Made by a program: the position numbers and the translations under genes
Notes under the pieces: model-generated
Seen by the model: the letters and a program-made list of their open reading frames with translations, nothing else
Told to the model about the DNA's origin: nothing
The model's database searches: none
Origin: Magallana gigas
Lineage: Eukaryota
Assembly: GCF_963853765.1 (NCBI RefSeq)
Contig: NC_088858.1
Coordinates: forward strand, 9,176,001-9,240,000
Direction of reading: 5' to 3'
Length of the DNA: 64,000 nt
Part shown: positions 26,901-39,400 of the stretch, piece after piece
Layout: each line of letters opens with the position of its first letter
How positions within the stretch are numbered: the first letter of the stretch is position 1

Positions 26901-29534
26901 ACTTACAAGTTAATAGATTAGGATTAACGTTTCTGATTCCTTTAACATCAGGTGGTATACATCACGGGGCACATCCGACCTCAGCCATGTTTTGGTGTCA
27001 ACAGGAAGTTGCCGTCCCATGTTTTGGGACTGGTTGGAATGGCTGTGGCTCTGCCTCCTCCCACCATCACAGAACTACGCATAGAAAGCGACACTTTCAT
27101 AATGAGGCTCAATCCCGACTTCAGTATTATCTACTGTGATACTCTGTAAGTTTTCTTTTCTTGTATTTCATTGCATTATAGTCAAAATCATAATGTTGAT
27201 AATAAATAATTATAGGTAATTATTAAGACTTAAATTGTATCAAGATTGATCTAATTTTATGATATTGCAATTAATGTGATATTTTACCTTACCTGGATAC
27301 TTAATCGTTTATGCCTTTGAATGGAAAAAATAATTTGACCTCTCTTTGCTTGTTGATGTTAGGATCTCCCAGCTTTGTGATTGGTCCTCTGATGATGTCA
27401 TTGGGAAACCAATCTACGATCTCTGTCACCCAGCTGACCTAAACACAATGAAGAGAACCCACAAAGATTGTAAGAAAATAATCTTCTTGCAAAGACTCTT
27501 CCAAATATTTCATATAAATATCCTTAATTGTAGTTTTAAAAAACCTAAAATATTCAAGTAACTATAATAGATGCTGGATAATTTCAAGATGCACCTTTGG
27601 AAAATATTAATTAATTTCAGTGTAAATATTCCAAGTACATGTTTATATCTTCTTTTTCAGTATTAACGAAGGGTCAAGTTTTGTCCGACTACTTCAGAAT
27701 GATTAACAAGAATGGTGGCCATGTGTGGGCCCAGATATGTGCAAGTACTCTGTACAGTTCCAAGACATCTGACACTCACACAGTCCTGACCATCATCTAC
27801 ATCCTCAGGTAAAATTAGGGTGAAACAATCAGTACTCAACGAGTCTAGATTTGTTTCAGTAACTATTCTAAAACTCATGTCTTAATGCTCACAACAAAAT
27901 TCTGAGGTAAAATTATTTTTCTCATCTCTAAACTTTTTGTTTTTAGTGGAATAGAGTATGAAAACTGTGTTATGGACATATGTCAACTTCCTACATCAAT
28001 AAAAAAGGAGTTAGACAAGGAATCTTCAAGCAAGGATCTTGTCAGTCCCAGAGGTAAAATCAAAAAAGAAAATACCTTCAATATCGACAATCTTTTATGT
28101 GAAGAGCTGAAAGAATTACTAAATGATGGATTGCTTGATTTTGCAGACGAATCAAAAGATGGTGAAGAAAGTCGTCACAGTAAAAGTCCTGATAATGCCC
28201 AAGTGGATTCACATCCCCAAAGTGATGCATTACCTGGTGAACCTCCAAAAAAGAAGAGGCTTTCTAGCAATGGTTCAGAGCATTCAGAGGTGGAAGAGAT
28301 GCAAGCTTCTCCAAGAATGGATCACAGTTCTCCTCCAGTTTTTATATCACATGATGATGAGGAAGACACATCAAATTCAACAACTACCTTAAAGTTGAAC
28401 TGCAGCAAAGTTCTTTACAAAAACTCGAGGAGGAAAATGGACAGGCCTAGAAAAAGACAAAGGGGGAGTTTGGATAGTGATAGTTTGATTTTCAGTGACA
28501 GTTATGGAGCAGAAGTATCAAGCCCTGGCCACATCATACAAAGACAGTTATCCTGTTCGAGCCTCATGCACAACCATAATAACGTTTCGTCGCCTGTGGA
28601 CGACTACCATTCTCACTCAGCATCACCAAAGTGTTTGGAGGATTACAGCATGCCTGCACCAGAGGATCTCTCTCTGAGGTCACTGGGAGCAAGGCAGGAG
28701 AACATGACAAACACAAACAGAAAGAACTGTTGGAATTCTCCTTGTGGCGCTGACCAGAATGGCAACCGCAACATGCCATCTGTGAAATTTCTGGAAGATG
28801 TGATGAATAAACATTTGCCAAATCTGTCTCAACTATCTAACCATGATGTCAAGCAATCTTCTGCAAGCTTGAGTGATGACATTACAAATGGTGGTATTGT
28901 TTCAAATTCTATGAACAAACAGCAGTCACCTATTCAATGGACAGGCACAGAATCTGAAACACACCCTGCATCTAATCTGTTAAGGACACTATATGCAAAA
29001 CGAGAATCGGTCATTCGAAGCAGCAACAATTCGAGAAGTCTTTCTATGGAAAGTTCAGCCCTTAACATGCTGACACCTCCAGGAAACGAGGGCTTCAAGG
29101 AACAACTGACTCTAAATATACCACAGATATCAGTGAATGCCAAAGGATCAGTTCTCCCTTCCTATACTTCTGCTAGTCATCAAACTGTCACCACAGTGAA
29201 TGAAAGTTTCAACATGACCCCTCCTTCATCTGTATCACCCACAGAGAAATTAGTCTCCCCGTTTGGAATGGAAGGGAACTTTGATCATGTGTCTGCTGTG
29301 TGCGGCAGTCTGACCCATGTCACGAGTCCTCCCGTGACTCTGAAATCTCATACTTTTCCGCTCACTGTAGCCGCAGGAGTGACAGACTTTAACTGTGTCA
29401 AAAATACCAGCTACAATAACGTCTCCCCAGCATACCACATTAATGAATACCCCCATCTCACTCATGCACAGAACTCTTTCTTGTCTTACGATGTGAGGCC
29501 AGACTCTTGGTATTCCGTCTCTTATCAGTCATGA
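15884..29534 (+). CDS. trh: bHLH-PAS transcription factor, trachealess/NPAS1/NPAS3 orthologue (spliced; about 915 aa if exon 2066-2070 is included)
   Basis: Exons 15884-16122, 19680-19756, 22696-22785, 24077-24167, 26017-26115, 26322-26431, 26952-27145, 27363-27469, 27661-27808, 27947-29534, all AG/GT-bounded with matching phases. b[70 protein letters not shown]; [55 protein letters not shown]; [12 protein letters not shown]; PAS-B; long Ser/Pro-rich tail with NLS-like PPKKKR. These motifs match Trh/NPAS1/3 as I recall them. Confidence 0.95.
23716..24010. repeat. Compound (CT)n/(CA)n/(CTGT)n microsatellite in a trh intron
   Basis: Long CT runs at 23716-23740, 23817-23840 and 23897-23930, with a CA run and a CTGT run. 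Confidence 0.95.
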
Positions 29535-30230
29535 GAAGAGAGCTTTATGATACAACTACGAGAATAATTCAGTATTCAATTTCAAAACTCTGTATGAAAA
29601 TTTGTTGTTATATATGATATTTTCTTGTTGATAATTTTTGAATTTGTTATACAGTTAAACCTTGATATCTTGATCTGGATAGAACCTAGAAAAAATATAA
29701 AGGTAAAGATATGTAAAGAAATGATGGTTGGGACCTCCAGCTCACTTTGACATTACATGTATCCATGAAATTCTTATCTAGGTCTGTCAGTGTTTCAGAT
29801 ATGAAGGTTCAACTGTACTTAATCATCTGATCACTTGTTAGAAATGTAAACACGGGCAGAAATTCCCGATATGAAAAATGGTGTGCTCCATGATAATTAT
29901 TGTGTCTAATTTTTAAATAATGTTATATTTTGCAAAATCTTTGTAATATTGAATGGTAAAAGAACTAGATAAGCGATCAGATTACCCAAAAGCATTTTGG
30001 TATATGTACAGTTTTATTAGATTGTATTTTGATTTTTCTGTCAATTGAAAAAATAGGCAAAATTATATATCTTAGGTGGAGGTGATAGAATTAAAATGAG
30101 TTTATCAGTAAAATATTACCCAGTTAAGTCATCTCTGAAGAAATTGAAAACTTTCCAGATAAATTTCTTAATTCAGTAAAAATTATCTGCATGATAATGT
30201 CTTAAAAGTTAAAATGTGTTCTCTTATTGT

Positions 30231-30347
30231 AATAAAATATTGTAATGTGTTCAAGAAAAAAAATGGCTGTTTATTATCAATGTTTCAATTTTTTCTTACT
30301 TTGATTGATTGTGATATTTGTTTTTGATATTACAGTACTGTAATAAA
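30231..30347 (+). other. Candidate polyadenylation signals of the trh transcript
   Basis: AATAAA at 30231-30236 and 30342-30347, 0.7-0.8 kb after the stop codon and before the MITE cluster. Confidence 0.3.
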
Positions 30348-30645
30348 CAACAAAATGTCATTAAATGAAACAATTATTTGTTTGTATATCATCAGAGCCT
30401 TCTTATACGGTATCCATCAAGAAAGCTACAGCTGAAGAGTACATTCCTGAATAAAATTTTAAGTTAGAAAATAGATTTAAATAAATACATGTATTCCCAT
30501 GCACATATATGTGTACAAGTATTCATCAAATAATATGATGGATGTAAAAATTGTTGTGATTGTATCGAACATTTAAAGCTTAGCAAAAGCAAGGGCAATG
30601 CCTATATATCCACTTTTCTGGTAAAAATATCCATCGTGTACATGA

Positions 30646-30810
30646 CACGAGCGGATCCTGAAAAATTTTCTACAAGGTTCAAGGAATAATATTTTTTTCC
30701 AGGGTGTCCAGGGCTTATATTCAGGAATTTTACTACGAGAATTTAATCATATGAATTTTCCAAGAAGTCCGACCCCCCCCCCCCCCCCCCCCCGCGGAAG
30801 ATCCGGTGTG
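30646..30810. mobile_element. Short MITE with 5-bp TSD
   Basis: Imperfect TIRs CACGAGCGGATC / GATCCGGTGTG; CATGA flanks both sides (30641-30645, 30811-30815); internal poly-C. Confidence 0.6.
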
Positions 30811-30840
30811 CATGAGATCAGTCTCTCTCTCTCTCTCTCA

Positions 30841-31865
30841 ATAGAATTATAGCGAGCGCAGCTCGCCGGCGCGCAGCGCCGGCGCGAAGCGAGCTCTACC
30901 GGCAAGGCGTGTGTGAATAGAAAATTCGGACTAGTTGCACATTCATTCAACGGATTTTTTTGGCGTCAGTAAATCGGACCAGTAATTCATCGTTTTAATC
31001 GTCCCAGTAGTTCCCTGTAATCATGGCAATTTTTATCACTTCACACTCTCACGAGAATCAGCAAGACAAAACAATAACGATGTAAGCGACATACAGTCAA
31101 TGTTACACTTTCAATCAAAAATAATCGTGTGACGTCACAAACGTTTACACATTCACCCCTGCGAATGTGTTCGGAATGTTTTCTTTATCGTTGCTAAGTT
31201 TGTAATAAATCCAGAGGTGCTCGAATGAAAGTTCACGAGACTTCACCTAGATTTGTTCAGTTCCTGTGGAATTTCGAGCGGAAGTATAAGTGTTCGGATA
31301 ATATTCTCAAAATACGTAGGTACTGGTCGTTTTTCATATCGTATCCTACTTTGGGTTTTATTAAAACATGAAACTCTTTTAATATGTTTGTCTTATTTCA
31401 CCATTTAGCGGTTTTTATATTAAACGATAATATTCAGAACAGAGTTATCGTTCGTGTTCAACCACGTGTTGAGTGGTTGGAAATATAAACATTGCGTGGC
31501 TTAATAAAATGATATCCATGTTTGATGCTTGTGGTGTGCAATACCATGTTTTAAAAAAAATAATGGATGTCTGTTTTGCATAAAAACTTAGTATATCGAG
31601 TCATTTTCAAAGAACATTTTGCAGAAAATAGTATAGTCTTTTTCACTATTGATGCTATTACTAGGTCAGGCGAGGATCGAAAACTAATCCTCAGGGGGGA
31701 TCTTCACTTAGCATGTTAATTGTTGCAACAGCAGACAAAAGTTTTTTTTTTGTATTTTTACATTTATTTCTAGAACACATTTTATCCACCGATTAATGAA
31801 GATAAAGTTTAAAATCAATAAACCTCTAGATTTAATAATTGACTACTATAGTACCTAGATTCTAT
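30841..31865. mobile_element. Probable non-autonomous DNA element with a GC-rich hairpin terminus; family not assigned
   Basis: Abrupt GC-rich nested palindrome at 30852-30896; short ATAGAAT/ATTCTAT ends; CpG-rich interior unlike the flanks. The right boundary is uncertain. Confidence 0.4.
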
Positions 31866-32069
31866 GAACTGAACTATAAACACGAGGCACGATTTTTACT
31901 GCGAAACTAAAAGGGTCAAATAAAACCACGTGGTCTAAAATTTAAATGACAATAACATTCGCAGGGGTGACATTGATCCGATATATTTTTTCGGAGTCAG
32001 TAAATTTTGACCCACAATTCATAGTACCAATGGTTTCCAACCTCACGTTCCAACATCACGTTCTCCCGA

Positions 32070-33492
32070 CAGTGGCGTAGCTAGAGCTAGAACGAAGTAT
32101 AGGCACCAAATACGGCGAGGGGTCGGGTCCAGGGCAGCGCCCTGGTAGGGGGTTCAGGGGGGCGAAGCCCCCCCCCCCCCCGACGGAAAACGGATTTCAT
32201 GTTTTATAGAACACACAGGAACAAATTTTAGGCACTTTTCGTACATAAAATTTTGAGTTTTTTTAAAGATTTTTTTCGTAGTAAAAAAGCAAAAAACATT
32301 TATTAATACAATCCAACATTGTTTTCACCAGCAGTCTTTTTTTAAGCATTATCAAAGTGAATGGCGGGAAGAAACGGGGAAATAAGATAAGGCAAATGCC
32401 CATTCGGTTTCATCGTAAAATACAATTTTGAATTTATTTTATCAATTAAATCAATTCAAATTTATCATAATACAAGTTTGCAAAAGCACAATTTCTAAAT
32501 AAATTAAGTTTTTATTATGTTTAACAAGCGATAGAGAAAATATATTGCCTTAAATTTTGGTGGAATCGAACCCACAACATAAAAACCCTACTTATAGAAG
32601 GTTAGCTAATGTCTGGTGCTCTAACTTCTGAGCCATTTCATACACAACAAAGTAGATTGTTTAAATATCATTTTTTCAAAACGTTCAATTGATGAGATAC
32701 AAAATGAAATTTTTATTGTATAGTGGGTCATCTCTCCACGTTTTTGTTGATTGAAATCGGTTTGTTTTTTCATAAAACTTTAATTAGTCTATGAGAAAAA
32801 TATGGAGCAGAGACTCACTATATAATAAAAAAGACCTTGAAGTTGTAAAAAAAAATGACACTATTGGAAGTTTTGATATACGTATACGCCTGTTTGAGTC
32901 AACATATTCCAAATTTTTTGGTATCTTTTCCGTCCGTGCATAGATATTTTACACGCCTTATCCACCCATCTTCTTACACTAAAGCTATTATCTGTCTCTA
33001 TAGTTAAGTTTACTATTAAAGGGAAAACATAAAGACTTTGAAATTGAATGTCATGATTCAAAAACAGTTGTAATGGTTACTTTAAATTTTGATAATACTT
33101 AGAAAACAGATATATTGCTTTGTTTTTTTTAAAGTCTTACATTATGTTACACGAAGTTAATTTAAGGCGTCGATTTTTATTAGCCGCAAATTTGTAAATG
33201 ATAGTTGAGATCGCAATATGCCTCGATCTATGAATATGATTTTAAACATTTCATCCAGTGTTCTTACTATTGCCCGACATGTTTTTCACTGCCAGATTGA
33301 CTGCGCAATAATTAGCATCATCGATGTCACATATTTGTGACCTCAAACAATCAGAGTTTTAAAATAGGAAAAAGAAAGATATTTGCTGTCTGCTTTTTTT
33401 TTTCTAATGTGACATTTTAACATTTTTAATTTTGGGTCTTAAAATCATGTGTAGGCACGTGCCTTAAGTGCCTAACGGCAGCTACGCCACTG
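32070..33492. mobile_element. 1.4-kb non-autonomous DNA transposon with hAT-like CAGTGGCG termini and 5-bp TSD
   Basis: Perfect 13-bp TIRs CAGTGGCGTAGCT (32070-32082) / AGCTACGCCACTG (33480-33492); CCCGA duplicated at 32065-32069 and 33493-33497; no transposase ORF. Confidence 0.85.
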
Positions 33493-33879
33493 CCCGAGAA
33501 TCAAAGTAAAACCTTTGAAAAGCTTATAAGATGTGTAATTTTAAGAACATCATGCTTTTTAAGTAAATAAAACAGTATACTTCGCATACTTTTATTTCTC
33601 AGGGGAGTTTTAAAGAGTAAGACGACACTTAACCAACGTCAGCTTTGACATCACAATAAGCACTGATAAGGGGAAATTACTCTAATTGAAGTTATTGTAA
33701 ATCTGCTGAAATGACCAAAATCCTCTTAAAATCTTGCAAAGGCTAAGATAAAGAACAGCTGACGAATAAGGACATTTCTTCAGATACAGGAAACAGTTGT
33801 AAATTGCACTAATTTGGATGAATGCTCACAAATATTTTATTCACTATAATTACGGTAATTTCCTGAAACGTAACGTTAT

Positions 33880-34290
33880 ACGTAGCAGCGCCTTTTTTTA
33901 AAGGGGGTGGGTGGGTGGATGGCAGCCTCATCCAAAAAATCTTTGCAAGCAAAAAGAAATATAAATCATGAAAATTCTAATCCTTTAGCTCTTTAGCAGT
34001 TCAATGGTTTCTTTATTTTCACTTCCATTTATTACATGCGGGGGGGGGGGGGGGGGGGGGGACAATACCATATTCTTTTAACATGATAAGCAAATATTTT
34101 TAAGCGTAAATTAAAAATAAAATTAAACATTAATTATTTTTTTTTAAGTGGAGGGGCAAATGCATGATATGTCGATTTTCTATGTATAAATTGACAAAAA
34201 TGAAAAAAATTTTAGCATGGGGGGAGCTCTATGATGAGTCAAGTTTTATATGTAAGTTTAAGAAAAAATGTCTACTGCAAAAAAAAGGGG
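33880..34290 (+). mobile_element. MITE fragment related to 49780-50061
   Basis: Shares ACGTAGCA...AAAGGGGG...ATCCAAAAAATCTT..CAAGCAA...AAATCATGAAAATTCTAATCC and poly-G with the 49780 element; no intact right TIR. Confidence 0.5.
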
Positions 34291-35851
34291 GAAATATATA
34301 TAATCACAATCACTTTAAAAGAGGAGATGCAGTGCAATGAATATTTATATATTAAAATCTTTATTATTTAACAACATTGTATCTGAGATTAAACTATTGT
34401 TCTACATATAAATAAATTATAACAAATCTTATAAACTATGAATAATGAAAATTTACTGAAAAATAGGTATGTTTTATTTTTTGGCATTCAAATTTCACAT
34501 TGTTAATTTTATTTTATTAATTTATTATAATTAATTGTTTGATCACATGCTGTGCTCGCCCCAACGGTCGCACCGTAAAACATATTATCATATTGAACAA
34601 ATAAGTTTTACAAATGTTTCTGTATTTTAAAACGGTTAATTAACAGAAAATATACTCCCTTTCTTCCAATATAGCCAGAGCATCGTCGAAATTACGACCT
34701 ATCTCGCAGTCCAAGGGTAACAACTCTAGCATTATTTCTGCATGTGAATATTAACTCTCGGTAGAAACTCTACACTTCACTCCAGACATGGTTTTTGTGT
34801 AAAACTAGCCAAGAGAGACATTTCTTGCTTATTAATTATCTAAACTGTATATATCGTTTAACATTTAGGATCATAATTCCTCGGAATTTCTTTTTGTGAT
34901 CAACGGACTCTAAATTATGAAGGTTTTGATGATTCGGATAAACAAGAATTTCTTTACTGATATTTTAAATATATTCTCACGGTACTTGCAATAGTTCATC
35001 CTATAAAAATTGAAAAATTGGGTGTAAAATTGAATGCTGGGAAGTAAATATTGATTTCACTTGTACATGTGTTTGCACACTGATTAGCTATAGTAACCGC
35101 CCAAATGTGGTAAGGCGTTTACAATATAAAATCTCATGTAGAATTACACCCAAACCTTATTTATAACCTTTGACCGAGTACACGTATTTTTTTTCACCAG
35201 TTTTAAATGTGGCAGTTGTACATTAAGTGTCGGAATACGGCAAATAATAGCTAAAAGCGAGTACAATATTTATTCGGTGAATAAAATACACAATATAGGC
35301 ATTTCTCATAATAAAAAATATATACCCCCTACCTAATAATACACAAGAATGTATGATTAGGTAGAGGTAACAATGTATTATTAGATAGAGGGTATATATT
35401 TTTATTAAGAAAAAAATATATATAACCTCAGGAGCCTGTGGGTTAAAATATAATATGGTAAATATTATTAATATTATTAATATGAAAGTCAACAAATATT
35501 TTAGCAATCTGATTTTAAAAAAAATACATATCTCTACAACAGCGCATTAAAATACTTACATCCTGAAAAATAAAGGTGTGAAGTTTATAGAATATTTATA
35601 CATCGATTCTCAATGGAAGTTTCTCTAAATTAAAAATCCACACACATCTTTTAATCTTTTTAACTTTCAAAACTTAAAAAAAAAATCTTTTAACCACTTT
35701 AACCTTCAATTTGTCTAGTATCTTCATAGAAATAGATCTGAAGTGAACTGGCCTTTTTTCGGTCGGTGTAAAAATATGACATCAATATGTACACTGGATA
35801 TATCGATAAAATTTTAACGGTGTATCAGATAACAAGGCAACGCCCCCATCT

Positions 35852-36177
35852 CATAGGCGTCGGAACCGGGTTTTTTTTGTTGTTGCAAAGTTAGACCATT
35901 AGGCACATAGCATCATGGAGGGTTCAGCCCCCCCCCCCCCACTTTTTTTCGCAGCAAAGATAATAGTTCCAATATTTACCTTGAAGAGATTGAAATATTA
36001 AGAAGTTGGAGTCATAGGTACACTAGCCCCCCCCCCCCCCCCCCCCTACGGATTAGGATTTTCATGATTTTGGGAATAAGGTGTTATTTTTTTTTTTTCT
36101 TGTGAAGATTTCTGAGGATTAGTCTAGCCCCACCCCCCCCCACCCCCCCCACTTTCAATTTGCTTCCGACGCCACTG
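35852..36177. mobile_element. 326-bp MITE with 5-bp TSD, about 310 bp upstream of the YeeE-like start codon
   Basis: TIRs CATAGGCGTCGGAA / TTCCGACGCCACTG (12/14); CATCT duplicated at 35847-35851 and 36178-36182; internal poly-C tracts. Confidence 0.8.
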
Positions 36178-36488
36178 CATCTCCACCCTCGCGGATTAGA
36201 AATATTAGAGGTTAATCAAGTTAGTTAGTTTGGGTAAGTCTGTCCCATAAAAATGCTGATACGTTCCCGTACAATATTTCCAAAAAAGAACTTTACAGCC
36301 AAACTTATTTTTTTCCGGAGAAAAACCCGTTCAGGGTACCGTATTTTATAACGTTGTTGACATTCCGTTGTAATGCATGGGCCCACATGTAGTATTTTCA
36401 TCAATGATTTAGCATAATTTCTGACGCTTTGTGATATATATTTTTGAAAATAATGAGTTAATGCACTGTGTTGTTGAGTGATCCGAAC

Positions 36489-39400
36489 ATGACGAGCCGG
36501 CGAAATCTACAGGAGGTGCCGATGGGGGATGACAATCGCCCAACCCCCACCAGAACCGTTACATCCCTGGCAGTATCTGCAGCTTGCGGCCTCATGTTTG
36601 GGTTTGCAATTGAAAAAGGAAAAGGTTCAAAAGAACACATTATTTTTTTTTCTATTAATGAAATTGCACAGTGGTACTGTATGTATATACAGTTCCCAAG
36701 CATGCCGACTTAATTGTACATGTGTACTGAGTATTGTATAATGAAAGTAAACAAACTGCATGCATGAGAAGGTTACGTATTTGTACAATACATGTAGATA
36801 CAATGCAAGGACTTCTTTATTATAGTCTAAGTAAAATTGAACCCTGACTTTCCTATTCCTATAATAACTATAATTGATGATCATGAGAAATTGTACATTA
36901 AAATCTGTTAAATTTTCATTTCAGTTTATGAACCTGCTGTAGTAAAAAATCAGATGTTACTTTCACAATTTGTTATGATGAAAATGTTCCTTTCTGGAAT
37001 AATATCAGGTAACAAAAAATTAGCACATGCTTAACCATCTTCAGAATGTCAAAGTTTTGTGGTTTGTGTGAAGTTCTGTAATCACAAAACCTTAATTGAC
37101 ATTTGCTGAGCTGTGAAATGCATTATAAACATTACCTTGTATGTACATGTAAAAAAGGGTGATGCTGGTGAATGGATGATAACTGGTGCAGCTGAATGTT
37201 TTTGCAGGGATGTTTGTATTGGCCGTGATGTCTATGCTGCCGTTCACCAGACGTCAGTACCTGGGGGCTAAGTCCGTCTTCGTGCGGGGTCTCCGTGAGA
37301 AGGGATTCCTGACCACCCTCTCAGGGGGAGCCTTGTTAGGATCAGGGATGGCCATAGCTGGAAGTGTAGGGATACATTTGCGTTTTAAATATTCATAAAT
37401 TTCCATAAAAAAGGAAAATGAAACATGAAACTACATGGACTAGAACAATATTTAGGTTCACACCTGTAACAAGTGTTCACAAGTGTAAAGAGTTGATATA
37501 CTTGTGTGTCATAAATATTTCATATACATGTACTTACTGTCCTTTTGATAACATATATTTATTCTTTAGGGAATAATGCAAGGTAGGATTGTATTCCTCT
37601 AGTGATGTAGGTGCAAGGCACAGGTTTGTCACCTATTCTTGCTTTCTTTTCTTTCCTTCAGTGTCCAGGAGTAATTCTTGCACAGCTTGGATCAGGAACA
37701 CAGAATTCAAGTACATTTTTTCTATCAAATCAAAATATCTAATATGAAAAGTTGTGAAATTCAGATTTGCAGAAACATGCAAGACTGACTTATATATCAC
37801 ATACTTTTTTCACCCTGTTATCTATGACTAGAAAACAGTGCACATTCTTCTATAAAAAAGATACACCTTATGAGGTGCCATTGTAGTATTTTCAAGTTAC
37901 ATGTATTTTCAAATGTACATGTGTGATATCAAAAATGATTATTGTTATCATTGACCATAATTTCATAACCAGTATTTATTATTAAAAAAATAAGCAGAGT
38001 ATCAGATGTACAATTTTTTTTTTTTTTTTATGTGTATTGTGAAATGACTTGAACAGTTATAATCATGTTGTCTTTAGAATCCATAAAAATTTGAAAAAAT
38101 GCCTTGCAAAAGGATAACTCTGATGTTAACTGCATAAAAATTTTGTGGTTAACATGCTATTTGTGATTAAATTACAGTGTACACATTACTGGGAGCATTA
38201 TTCGGGACCCTGCTCTATGGGATCCTAGAACCAGTCGTCACAGACCTGACCAAACCAGCACAAACGATACGATTCCAATTGTAAGGATCACTTAACCCAT
38301 CGTTAAAAACAGCTAAATTAAATTATTAAATTCAAAACTGCTCTCTGGAGTACATCTATTATAAACATTGATTTTATGCTGATTGCATGATGCTGATTTT
38401 GATTGCAGTTTGTACAATGTGTATGGATCTCCCTTCTTTGTGATGGCCTTGCCATCTGCTGCAGTTCTTTCCTTAGTTGTGTTCACTTTGGAGTTAGCTT
38501 ATCCCTGGGAAGAAGAAATAAATGTAAAGTATTTTATAGTTAATCAGTAGCTATAACTGCATACGAACAGTTCAATATATCACATTTTGCTAGTACAACG
38601 TGTGTACTGATTTTAATATTCTAAATGCATACCTTGTATTTTATTGACAGATTACAGACTCTGTCTACCAATCTAGCAGCTGGATTACCTCCCCTGCATG
38701 GCCACCATTTGTATCTGGAATTGCTGTTGGCAGTTTGCAAATACCTGTTGTATTAGTCATTGGAGACACCTTAGGTATAAAGTATATTCTAATAAGCTGA
38801 ATTACTAACAAATGTATTGTGAATTGATGGAATTCTATGGTACATGTACTAGTATGCCATTATTTACCTGAATGTTTAAATGCACGATGAAAGATAGTTC
38901 AGTGTATGTAATATTCCCTTGTGATTTATTTCATTGACAGGAGCCAGCAGTAGCTTCTGTACCATCACGTCTCAGTTTTTTCTTCACAAGTCCTCTAAGA
39001 GATTATCACCTTATCTCCTGAAATTCCAATCAGGCATTGAAAATTGGTGGCAGGTACAGAATCTTGTCAATGTCATCATAGTACATATGTTCAATTTTTC
39101 TCTAAATTACTGAAAAAGAAAAAAATGGTTTGTTTTCCTATCCATTGACAGGTTGCATTTGTTTTGAGCTCTATATTTGGGGCTTTCTTGTCCTCTATCC
39201 TGTCTGGGACGTACGGTTCTGTGGCAGGAGTCTCCATTGTTCAGTCATTTGTTGGAGGAGCTCTGATACTGTTTGGAGCCCGAATGGCTGGAGGATGTAC
39301 CAGGTATACACCATAATACATGTACACTCTGAAATACACTGTATCTCTGGAGGATGTACCAGGTATACACCATAATACAGGTACACTCTGAAATACACTG

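Noticed and set aside
31153-31970. 16-bp inverted repeat TCACCCCTGCGAATGT about 790 bp apart
   Set aside because: Probably fragments of related repeat copies in opposite orientation; no TSD or defined element.
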